Below the pieces are notes generated by a model. The model was not told the DNA's origin and did no database searches. It saw nothing but the letters and a program-made list of their open reading frames with translations. From Vicugna vicugna (taxonomy: Eukaryota), in NCBI GenBank assembly GCA_013265495.1, contig MU061538.1:1118001-1182000 (forward strand): a DNA stretch of 64,000 bases, read 5' to 3'. Both the position numbers and the translations under genes were made by a program. Shown in pieces: positions 37,904 to 48,537 of the stretch. The stretch's first letter is position 1. Each line of letters opens with the position of its first letter.

Positions 37904-39744
37904 ACCCCATTTCACAGATGAGAACACTGAGGTTTTAGAGAACATAAACCTAAAAAAGAAGGAGAACTTGAGAGAAGAAAACCACAGAAATTTTTTTGGA
38001 GTTCAGCAGACCTGAGAAAATTTTAGAAGTAACTAATTTAGCAGACCTAAGGAAGTTGAATACCAAACCATCTGTGCTTGATTTATATCTCAGAATCCCC
38101 AAAAGTTCCCAGACGTGGCACCACTGGGTGGGTACCTATGAAAGTGGGGTTGAAGTGGAACGAGTTAAGCTAAGGAGGCTGGTGGAAAAGTCTGCTTATG
38201 AAGTGATTTGACCCCACATCGTTCCCTTCACCCAGGGCCCCAGACCACCGCCGCCTCCCCACTCCAGCAGAGCAGGGGGGTTATTCTCAGGGAGAGTGAG
38301 ACTGGCCTGGGTGCGGCTGTGGGGGCTGGGAACAGGAGGGGTGCTCACAGGCTGAGTGTGTGGGCCCCCGCCTCCCTTTACTCGGGCAGCCAAGCTTTCC
38401 TGCCCCAAGGAAGAGACGGAAGAGTCTCCCCTGGCGATCTGTCCAGCCCAGGAGGGAAGCCTCACAGCCTCCTGGCAACTGGGTGTCCATGAAAAACCCA
38501 CCGGGATGACCCAGCGGTGCCACCCATGCTATCTTAGAGTTTCAAATCATCATTTTTCTTGCTTCCTTCGCAAGTACGAACAGACAACTAAGACTTACCA
38601 GACTTAAGAGGGAGACCTCGGTTGTGAAAGCAGAGGCCAAAGCAAACAAGCAAGCAAACAAACAAACAAACACCAGGGGGAGACAGAATGTGCACAGGGT
38701 AGGAACGTCCCTGAGAAGGACCAGGATTCCATAAAATGGATGAGCTGGTGAACAGAAAGGGCTTCTTGAAATTTAGAAATGACAATATATCTAAAACATT
38801 GGAAGATCAAGAAAATAGGTCAAAATGACAAAAATAGGGAAGAGTTAAGAATATTAGAGACCCAGTTCAGAGAATCTACCATACGACTAATAGGACTTGC
38901 AAATGGAAGAGGAGAGAAAATGGGATGGGAGAAATGACAAAATCAAGAAGATCTCTCAGCTCTAAAGGACGTGAACGTGGAGGCTGAAAGTGCTCACCCA
39001 GGGCCCAGCGTGCAACGTGGACGACTCCCCAGCCCGGGGCACAGGCCTTCCACGGTCTTCGGGAGAAGGAGAAGCAGCTCACGTGTGGGCACTGGAGGAG
39101 GAAGTCAAGACTGGAAGCTGGAGGACAGCGGAGCAGTGACTTCACGGTTCGGAAGAATAATTAGTTTTGACCTAACTAGTAAATAATGATAAACTGGTAA
39201 GCACTGAATAAGAAGGTTCCCTTCTATTTCTTGATTTTCCAGCTTTAAGTATTAACTGTTACCTTCCAGCTATGGAAGATGAGGATTTAATCTCTGTAGA
39301 CCACACACCTTTTCATTCTTCATTTATATTTTTTAAATATAAAAAATAATTTATATTTAATAAAACTTTAATATTCAGACTTGTATAGTTTCAAAAAAAT
39401 TCCCTCCCATTTACCTTTTCTTTGCAAGATACTGAAATAAAGACATTTGAAAGGAAAGTTAAGAGCATAAAAAACTAAGTAAATGAAAGCCAAAGATCAG
39501 CTCTCAGAGTGGGAAGAAGAATGTTACTGAAGAAAGGAAAGCCCATCACAGTTCATTACAGAGGTGAGCAGTGAATAACAGAGTTTGTGTTGTAATAATG
39601 TAGACACTGAATGTTGATCTAACCAAAATTACCAATACGATGATGAAGGAAGGAGAAGGTGAAAACAGAGAAAAAAGCATTTAAGACAGTGAGGTCTGCA
39701 AGGAACGTGTCACAGCCTTAAAGGGTCCCAGATCTTAGCGGACA

Positions 39745-39914
39745 GGACCTACTGCACAGCACAGGGAACTGTGTTCAGTATCTTGTAATAACCTGTAATG
39801 GAAAATAATCTGAAAAAGAATATGTATGTATTTGTGTGTGTATAACTGAATCACTTTGCTGTACACCTGAAACTAACACAACATTGTAAATCAAATATAC
39901 TTCAATTTAAAAAA
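39745..39914 (+). mobile_element. 5'-truncated cetartiodactyl-type L1 3' end
   Basis: acctactgcacagcacagggaact...tataactgaatcactttgctgtacacctgaaactaacacaacattgtaaatca...aaaaaaa; flanks atcttagcggaca / atcttagcaaaca (likely TSD). Confidence 0.88.
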
Positions 39915-40194
39915 ATCTTAGCAAACAAGTAGAAGCACGTAATGAAAACATTCTTAAAAACTGAGAAAAAACTGATCAAAGTACAGTTGTAGTGGGGGAT
40001 TTTAATTTGTCCATTTCAGAACTTGACAGATGAAATAGAAAGAATACGGAGATACACAAACCATTGGAGAAATAAGCAGAAAATTTGAATGTGGTATGCA
40101 TGTTAAAGTAACAATAGGAAAACATTTTTTACCCGTTATACTGGCAAAAATTCAAGAGTTACAATGTCCAGTGCCAGGGAAGAGATTGGAAAAT

Positions 40195-40402
40195 ACAGAT
40201 CTCCCTTGACTTACAACACGGTTACGTTCTGGTAAACCCATCGTAAATTGAAAATACCGTAAGCCGAAATGCACTTAATCCTCCTGACCTCCTGAGCATC
40301 ATAGCTTAGCCTGGTCTGCCTGAGATGCCTGCAGAGAGCTTAGTTAGCCTACAGTCAGGCAAAACCATCTGGCATCAAGCATATTTTATAATAAAGTGTT
40401 GA
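40195..40402. mobile_element. MER47-like (TcMar-Tigger5 derivative) DNA element
   Basis: ta|cagatctcccttgacttac...taaacccatcgtaaattgaaaata...catcatagcttagcct...tagcctacag...tattttataataaagtgttga. Confidence 0.75.
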
Positions 40403-41217
40403 TAGAAATGTAAATTTTTACAATAATGTATTATAAGAAATCACAATATTTGGGGAGAAGTAGCCTTTAAATATCTCTTAATACTGTAAATGCTCATATC
40501 CTTTGGCTCAGCAGTCTGAATTTTGGGGATCTGTCCTACAGCAGTAATAGAACCAAAATGTACTCGGTGTGCAGAGAAAAATGTTTATAGTGGCAAAAAA
40601 TTGAGGAAAATCTTAATGTAAATGGAATAAATCTGAATAAAATTGAAGTACATTCATACTCTGGAATTATTATTTAGCTGTTAAGAAGTTGGGACTATCT
40701 GTCATGTCAACGTGAACATACTAATTAGGAAGGCGAGTGGTGAAATAATGTCTGGTTTGACCCATTCTTATGAAATATGTAGTAAAGCCGTAACTGTGGT
40801 GTATATGAGTGTCTGAGTGCGTGCAGGAAGCTGAAGAATGCACCAGCCATGCTGCTGACAGTCGCCACTTCAGGGAGAGGGGCTGGGCTGGGGAAGAGGA
40901 GATCTTGATTTTCTTTCACTTTTAATAATAAGCACATGATACTTTTGTAAATAATAAAAAAAATTAATAATAGATCAAGTAAGAATTTTACCAAAATAAG
41001 AAATTTTCTAAGAAACGTGTAGTGTTTAATCAGCGAGAACTTGAAAGTTTTAAGGGGTAGAGAAGTGGATGCACTTTTCTGTGAATCACAGCAGCCTTTG
41101 TTCTCATTTTCAGAGATCAGGACTTGCAGTGTGTTATTTTGTATTTTCATTACATGAGAGGGCTGCCTGTTCTGGGGTTCTGTTGTTACAGTTCTAACAT
41201 ATTTTTGCTTTTGGTAG

Positions 41218-41298
41218 GACTGTCTTCGTCAGTGGAATACAATATGATGGAGATGGAGCAAGAACTTGAAAATGTGAAGACTCTTAAGACAAAATTAG
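41218..41298 (+). CDS. LMBR1: LMBR1 exon 10 (81 nt): (G)LSSSVEYNMMEMEQELENVKTLKTKL
   Basis: ttggtag| ... |gtactg; visible inside ORF 41124..41369; frame continuous. Confidence 0.97.
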
Positions 41299-41539
41299 GT
41301 ACTGTGCTTTTTCCCTTGCCTTATGTATTGGTCTTGGTTTCTTTAATTAAAGACTTTACTGTAGTCTGAAATATTTTTAAAAATTATGAAATCTCTAGTT
41401 TATGTTATAAACTTTCAGTCTGTCCAAAGCCGTTTAGTAAAGGATGTCTTTTAGTTTGGGGAGAGGATAAGTACATACGTATTTACTTTATCCGTTGTGT
41501 TTTTTTTGTATGCGTACAGAATGACTTTTCAGAGATGCT

Positions 41540-42900
41540 GATTTTCAGAAATGTCACTCCACCATCTTTTCACTTGCATTACTTCTAATAAAGTAGTCTT
41601 CTGTTATTCTTATCTTTTAATGTCTTTTTCTTTGTATTTATCCTTTTTGAGATCTGTGACACCTCATGGGTGTATGGCTTAATGTCTTTCATCCATTTGG
41701 GAAATTGTTGGCCATTATCTCATCCAGTATTGCTTCTGCTCATTCTCTTTTGTTTCCTCAGGCTCCAGTTACACATATGCTGGATCTTTTAACTCTTATA
41801 TGTTTTCCTATATATTTTCTCTCCTTTTGTATGTGCTTCAGTCTGTGATATTTCTACCGATCTTTCCTACATCTCTCTTTCACTCTTCAGCTAAGTCGTA
41901 ACTGTTGTCAAAACTATCTGTTGAACTCTGAATTTTAGTTAGTGTTTTTTTCAGTTCTTGAATTTCCATTTGATTGCTCTTCTAGATTCAAAGTGTGACA
42001 TTTGCCATTTTGTTTACTTGAACATTTTAGTCCGTTGTCTTAAGGTCTCTTTCAGTTCGGTCCAATATCCAGATGCACTGCAAGTCCGTTTCTGTTGTCT
42101 CCTTTTCCTTTGTCCAGTCTCCTGGGATGTTGGGTCGAATGTCAGACGTTTCTCATACAAAAATTGTGGACACTCTGGATGATGTTTTATTTTTCAGAGA
42201 ATTTCCTTTTGCTTCTGGTGGGCAGTTAGTGTAGGGAAGGATCAGTCTAATCTGTCGGGGCTTGAGGTCGTTCGGGACCAGGATTTGGTCTTGACGAGGG
42301 CTTGTCTGTTTCGAGGTTGGCCTTCCTCCTCGGGTATAGCTTTTCCTTGGTCCTGACTGAGAGCCTGGCTGTTTTGTGGTTTCTGTGACCCACATTCTTC
42401 ATGAGCCCTGCGCTCTGATTTTTACCTCTCGGGAAGCTTGAGCCTGACAGAGCTTTGCTTGGCTTCTCTGTCTCCTGCTCCGCCTTCTGCTTCTCTTCTC
42501 AGCCTCTACGGCCCTGACGCCGGGCAGCGGAAGTAGCTGAGTGTCGGACTCACCTTTCCTCTGTGCCCAGCGCCTCTCAAGCGCTGGCCACCTTGAGTGT
42601 GGAGTGTGCTGCAAGCTTTGCTTTAGCGTCATTTTCTTCTGCCCACAGACTTGGGCCTTATTTCCAGCCGTGCGGCCCTGGGCCAGTTCTGTGCTGGAAG
42701 ACACCGTGCAGGGAGAGTAGTGCCCGCTGGCGGGCTCCCTCCAGCTCATTTCACAGAATCGGCCCCTCGCCTCCGTCATCACGGAAGCACTCTGATACCT
42801 TCATACGGGTTTTTTTTTTTAAGTTAAGTTTGACCCATCCTTTTCCAGTTGTCCCATGGCATAAGGATTGGTGTGGTGTAAGGTAGACCATTGTTGCTGG
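41540..42900 (-). mobile_element. Ancient L1 ORF1/5' region remnant
   Basis: T-rich antisense L1M motifs (tttgggaaattgttggccattatctc...ctccagttacacatatgct). Confidence 0.6.
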
Positions 42901-43358
42901 AAGCAGAAGTTTGCCTCCAGCCTGTAGGAAACTGGAAGTGTTACCTTAGGGTGTGGGACTGGAGGGGTTCTTACTCATGTTACCTGATTTTTTTGGATCT
43001 CTATCAGATGTGTGTAAATCTGTCAGTATGCAATATGTCAATAAAAAAGGAAAAGCGAGTATTTCTATATTTTCAGAGTAAGCTGCACTTTCACAATATA
43101 TTTCATTAACAGTTGAAAGGTCTTCAGTGTTAGAATTTAAATATAAGATTGGGCTGTTTAACATAGCAAACTGATTTTAAAGTTCTGATTTTTATGGCTT
43201 GTGGAGGAAAATTAAAAATAATTTATGTCTTTGGGAAAAATTATTTATGTAAAAATAGTACTTACTGGTTATAGTAGAAAGGGATGAAAATGTGGATCTG
43301 GAGAGAATTTTTGTAAATTACTGAAATGTCTGATATATTTTGTTTTTCCTTCTAATAG

Positions 43359-43435
43359 AGAGGCGCAAAAAGGCTTCAGCGTGGGAAAGAAATTTGGTGT
43401 ATCCTGCAGTTATGGTTCTCCTTCTTATTGAGACA
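43359..43435 (+). CDS. LMBR1: LMBR1 exon 11 (77 nt): (E)RRKKASAWERNLVYPAVMVLLLIET
   Basis: ctaatag| ... |gtaaga; frame continuous. Confidence 0.97.
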
Positions 43436-44074
43436 GTAAGAATTTATTTGCCTAGTTAAATAAAGCAAATTATTTTTTACTTTAGCATTTGTGTATGGCA
43501 ACTCCCTCAGCTAAATGGTTTCAGGTAAACTGGTTTTCTATCAATGGGATTAAAATCCACCTATGCCTTTATTTGTAAAAACTCAGTAGAGCAAAAGATG
43601 AAATTAATAGTAATTTTTAGGAAGTCCTCAAGATTGTCTATTTCCTCATAAAAGCAGGAGTGCATCCTTTTGTTTCATTTGAAAATTAAGAAGAGACAAG
43701 GTGTTGCAGATACCCTGTGCAAACTTCATGATAGGATATGAAAATTTTACTAAGTTAGTTCTAATAACAGTGTAACCATTTTTAAAATCTTTGGACTTGT
43801 AGGTTTCCAGTTGGTGAAATCAGTTAGTAAATGAATCTATATTATTAGCTTTTGTCTTAAGCTTTGAGATTATAATAATTTGCAGAATTGTAAAGAATTT
43901 ACTCTGGAGTTTATAGTCTCATTACTTCTTTAAGTTTATGTGTAGAATTTTGGTCTTAACTGCTTTTCCACTACTCTGAAGCATACATTTGGTTGGTTAC
44001 TTAGGTTTTAATATATATGTTTTGGCAGAGTATCTTTGAAATTAAAACCTGACGGCTTACTTTTTATGTTGTAG

Positions 44075-44152
44075 TCTATTTCAGTCCTCTTGGTGGCTTG
44101 TAATATTCTTTGCCTGTTGGTTGATGAAACAGCAATGCCAAAGGGAACAAGG
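44075..44152 (+). CDS. LMBR1: LMBR1 exon 12 (78 nt): SISVLLVACNILCLLVDETAMPKGTR
   Basis: ttgtag| ... |gtaaag; frame continuous. Confidence 0.97.
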
Positions 44153-44871
44153 GTAAAGTAAAACGCTTTAAAGTGCCTTTCTTTTGCGTTAGTGTTCTGT
44201 ATGTACACCCTGAGTGCTTCAGGTAAGTGAATGAGAGCATTCCCCTTTCTGCATACATCCGCTTCAGTTTGTATGAGTTTCTTTATGCAGTGAGCTTTCA
44301 GAGCAGTGTTTATGAACTCCAGTTTTTGTTTCTGATTTCTTAATTTGGATTGTCTGAGGCTTTTACCAGGTTTCAGAGTTACATACTTCGTATCAGAGTT
44401 TATCTTTGTTTTACTGAAATTCTTATTTGTGATCCTTTAAGAAAATATATACTCTGTGAAATACAAGGACGGAGTTTATCAGATGGATTCATTGTGTTTG
44501 CAAAAGATCCAGGTGTGTGGTTGTAAGGGCTCATGCTCCAGAAGAGTCAGGTGTTTTATGAACCTGAGTCAAAATGTTCAATTACTGGAGGAGAGTCAGA
44601 TGCACATCTTTTTCATGAATTAATACTCTCTCTTCTTTAAAAATTTGTGATTTTATTAAATGCCATCAATTAGTCTATTTAAATATATTCTCCATATGGA
44701 AGGTAGTCTCCTCTAAATATTCATATATGGCATCCTTTTTCTACGTGTCTCTATAAACTTTTGGATACTTAAAGTAGCATTTAAGTTTTGACATTTTATT
44801 ACACTTTTCAAAGTTAGCACCTTTCCCATTTCCCATAGAAATGACTTCAAAACTCTTTCAGACTTTTGATG

Positions 44872-45380
44872 CTTTAGGGGAAGGAAAAAAATTGTTCTTA
44901 ACTGTTTCTAGGTTCTTCTGGCTGGTCTAAGAATTAAAATGACGTGAGACAGATTAACAGGAGAAAATAGATTTTAATTACGTGTATATAAGAACAGTGA
45001 GACCTCAGGGCAAGCTGGGCAGTTGAGGCTTAGGTGGCACCTGAGAGAAGGAGAAAGGGGAGGGGCTTGGGCCTTGGAAGGGGAGGGGGGCAATTCTCAT
45101 GCAGATGGAAGAGCAGATGGGCCACAGAGAGGACTCTGGTCCCCAGGTTCTGCCAGGTGGCCTCTGCCCCGAGCCGGGACTCTCTGTGGACATCTCCGGT
45201 GACAGGGCCCCTCCAGGCCAGTCCTTTCTCTAAATTCTTTCAGGCAGTTAAGGAGTGAGGGGTAAGGGGCAAGAGGGAAGGCTTCCTGAGTCTTCTTTTC
45301 CTTAAAAACAATCAGCCCGAGATAACCCTCGTGCTGGCACGTTTGAGGGGGCAGGTTTTGCGTCCTCCGTGCCACTTCTC
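44872..45380 (-). mobile_element. Probable ERV1-class solo LTR (MER34/39-like)
   Basis: taggggaaggaaaaaaatt...tctaggttcttctggctgg...agacagattaacaggagaaaa...cttaaaaacaatc; family assignment tentative. Confidence 0.5.
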
Positions 45381-46862
45381 TCTCTGAACCACCTCCGAAA
45401 CCTTTCCTCCCATAGAAAAAAAGCCAATATCTATATTTAATCCTTTCCTTCAGTCCAAGATGGAGAGACTGTTCTTTCAAAGGCTAATTCTTTCAGCACG
45501 ATTCTCAGTTTGGCTCCCTGCCCCCAGCCTTTCAGGACCTGGTGCCATTTGTTACTGCCACTGTCTCCGTGCCACTGTGAGCCTCCCAGCACTCTCCAGG
45601 TGCCTCACTGCACTGACGAGCAACCGTGAACAGTCCTCCTCCATCTACAGCCCTGGCTTGGTCTTCTTTTAGACCCTAATCCATTGACTGAACAGGAAGT
45701 CAACTACTGTGTTGACTTCCATCCCTTTCTTGACCCATTTTCACATATACCACACACTAGGTAAGGCCCAAGCCCCGTGGTGCTGTGTTGTACCATCCCC
45801 CTTAGTACATAGCACAAGGGACTCACACGAGGTAGGCACCGTATGATTGTGTCCATGAATCAGATCCTCCTAATCCTGCCTGGAGGCCTTCTCTTGAGAC
45901 AGAGAATATTTCCAAAATGTTGCCATCCCAGTTAATAAGCTTTCTATTGGCAGTCTTCATTTTTTCTTCAGAAGGTTGACAAAAGTTGATAAATTCTTTG
46001 CCCTTACCTCATTTATGTATGCAGTTTCCATTGGTGTTCTTCTTTATGTCTAAATACGATTGTATAAATAATATGTATGGTATTAGTCATTGGTTTATTT
46101 TTTCTTAGGCTGACTTTACGTTCTTAATTATCCTGGTTTATCTGTCAGATGTAATTGAAGCTGATAGCAAAATAGTAGTTCTATTCAGAGTTCCTTTAAT
46201 TAGTAAGCTTTGAAAAAATTTTTCCTCTTTCAGTAAGAAGTGATTTTTTGCCTATCTGGTTTCATTAGTAAATATTACTTTTTCCCCTTATTTTGTTAAG
46301 TTCTAGATAAAGATAGATTTTGAGAATAGCTGTAATGTTTATGGAAAAATGTATAGCATTGTGTTTGAAAAATCCCTGTTAATCAAATCTCTGAATTCCC
46401 AAAGGAGATTTGGGGAAAGGAAACTTGCAAGAGTAGAAACAGGATATGCACATTCAACTGTCTTTCTTTGCTTGCTTCAGTTTTGACATACTTTAATTGT
46501 GTAGTGTTTATATTGTTGCCTCAGGGTTCAGACAATTATGTGTCCTATTCTTACTGTACTATTATATTAAAAAATTTCTTCCAAGAATATTTAGGATTTA
46601 ACAGTAAGTGTAATCATATCATTTTGAGAAGTAACTTAAAAGACATTTGAGAACTGAGCTTGTTGGAAGTGTTAACTTGTGGTTGAGTTAGCTGATGAAC
46701 TCAGTCTCCTGTCACAGTTCATTTTCCTTTGAAAGCTTAGGTGTTATTCTGGGGTATTAAACATCCCTGATTTCAACTGTCTTATGTTTATGAAACAACA
46801 CTTTTAGGGAAACCGAATATAATGGTGTCATTGAATTCTGAAAAGTGTTTTTTCTCCCCCAG

Positions 46863-46936
46863 GGGCCTGGAATAGGAAGTGCTTCTCTCTCTGCCTTTGG
46901 CTTTGTGGGAGCTGCACTTGAGATCATTTTGATTTT
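46863..46936 (+). CDS. LMBR1: LMBR1 exon 13 (74 nt): GPGIGSASLSAFGFVGAALEIILI(F)
   Basis: tcccccag| ... |gtatccttt (U12-type donor); frame continuous. Confidence 0.96.
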
Positions 46937-47168
46937 GTATCCTTTCTCTGACTGGAGTTCTGTCTGTTAGCAAGTTTTTGGTCCAGTTTTCTGGGACAGT
47001 AGTAATTTACTAAGACACTTTCCTGGAAGAAAAACAAGCCAGCCTTCCTCATGCACCCCAAGTGGCCTTTTCTTTTGTTTTTCGTTTGGGCCTCGAGGCA
47101 TTTTGGAGACTATGGAGAACTGAAGGGAACCGGCATTCTTCGGAGAGCTTTTTCCTTGATTCTCATAG
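46937..47168 (+). other. LMBR1: U12-type (minor spliceosome) GT-AG intron, 232 nt, LMBR1 intron 13
   Basis: 5' splice site GTATCCTTT (U12 consensus RTATCCTTT); branch motif TTCCTTGAT at 47152-47160 (consensus TTCCTTRAY) just upstream of the terminal AG at 47167-47168. Confidence 0.93.
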
Positions 47169-47259
47169 CTATCTTATGGTGTCCTCTGTTGTTGGTTTCT
47201 ATAGCCTTCGATGTTTTGGAACCTTTATTCCCAAGAAGGATGACACGACTATGACAAAG
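47169..47259 (+). CDS. LMBR1: LMBR1 exon 14 (91 nt): YLMVSSVVGFYSLRCFGTFIPKKDDTTMTK
   Basis: ctcatag| ... |gtaagg; visible in ORF 47062..47268; frame continuous. Confidence 0.97.
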
Positions 47260-48470
47260 GTAAGGTGAAGTCTTAGGTGGCTGTGCCTCCCTTTTGCTTC
47301 GAGACAAACGGGCTGTTTCATTTAGGAATCGCCCTGAGCGGTTCATTTGCAGTTCTAGGTATTTGTGAGTTGCGTAAACACGCGCTGGAGGATTTTCAAA
47401 ATGCTGAATGAGTGGGAAAAGGATGTGCTGTGTTTAGTCTGGATGGCCTCCATTCACGTGTAAATGCAGAGAGCCGCGAGCTTGTTAACCCGCCATGGAA
47501 GGCTCCTGAAAGGACTCTTTCTCCTGCAAAGAGAACGTCTTGCTAATGAGTAACTTTGATTGTGCTGACTGTACTTCAAGGAGCTTGTTTGAAGTCTGAA
47601 GAACTTAGCTGCCACAAGTAGTAGAGACAGAGTATTCCAAATTTGAATGATTAAAGCAAAACGGAAGAGGTCTATTCAGAAACATTTTGTAGTCTGAGGC
47701 CAATTTGACTTTCTGCGGTGTGTCATTGGCTTCCGAGTGACAAGGCTGTTGTCTTCTGTGGTGACTGCATCCTTGTGAAATGTTCCCACAGGCCGACAGT
47801 GAGGAGTGACAAGCGCGGCTGGCTGCTTTCCCTCATTGTATTTCCCCATTTCAGCTTACTTTACGGGGAGAGGCTCTTGTGCATATCTTTATCTGCCTAA
47901 CATGCTGTGGCTTCTTGAGATACTTGGCACCTAGTGCAAGTAATCCTGAGCATCAGTGTTTTCGGCCCCTCTTACTTGGTACGGAAGAATGCACACAAGA
48001 TACGCTGTCATGGACTCCTAGGACTTAGGTGTTTGGGGTTGCATCTTACAATCGTTAAACATACTAGAAGTAGATATTATGTATCTTGAGCAGTGGTCTT
48101 GGCTTTAACAACAGAGCCAGAAGTTCTTAAAAGTACTCATTCTTCATTACTTGTCAGGCAGACTTTCTTGAAATTGGCGACCTCAATCAGTAATGTAAAG
48201 TGCGTGTCTGCGGTGTAAAGTAATTTAAGTGTTCTTGAACTTTGTGTTTGTGCCGGGTGCGGTACATGTCCTGTAGAGCTTACAGATAGAACTGCAGGTG
48301 TTTGTAGAAACAGTTTCTTGTTCTCCTTGTTTTCTACGTCGAGTAGTATCATTAAGAATTCAGCAGGTACAGCAGGTAACTGGCGTGCACAGTAACCTGC
48401 CAGCCTGTGGGCGGACTTGCTCTCCCCGTGCCGTGTGACTGCCCGGTGCTCCTTCTGCCTCCCATCACAG

Positions 48471-48537
48471 ATCATTGGGAACTGTGTGTCAATCCTGGTC
48501 TTGAGCTCCGCACTGCCTGTGATGTCAAGAACACTGG
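48471..48537 (+). CDS. LMBR1: LMBR1 exon 15 (67 nt): IIGNCVSILVLSSALPVMSRTL(G)
   Basis: atcacag| ... |gtaagt; frame continuous. I did not find the next exon (GITRFDLL...) in the window. Confidence 0.97.
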
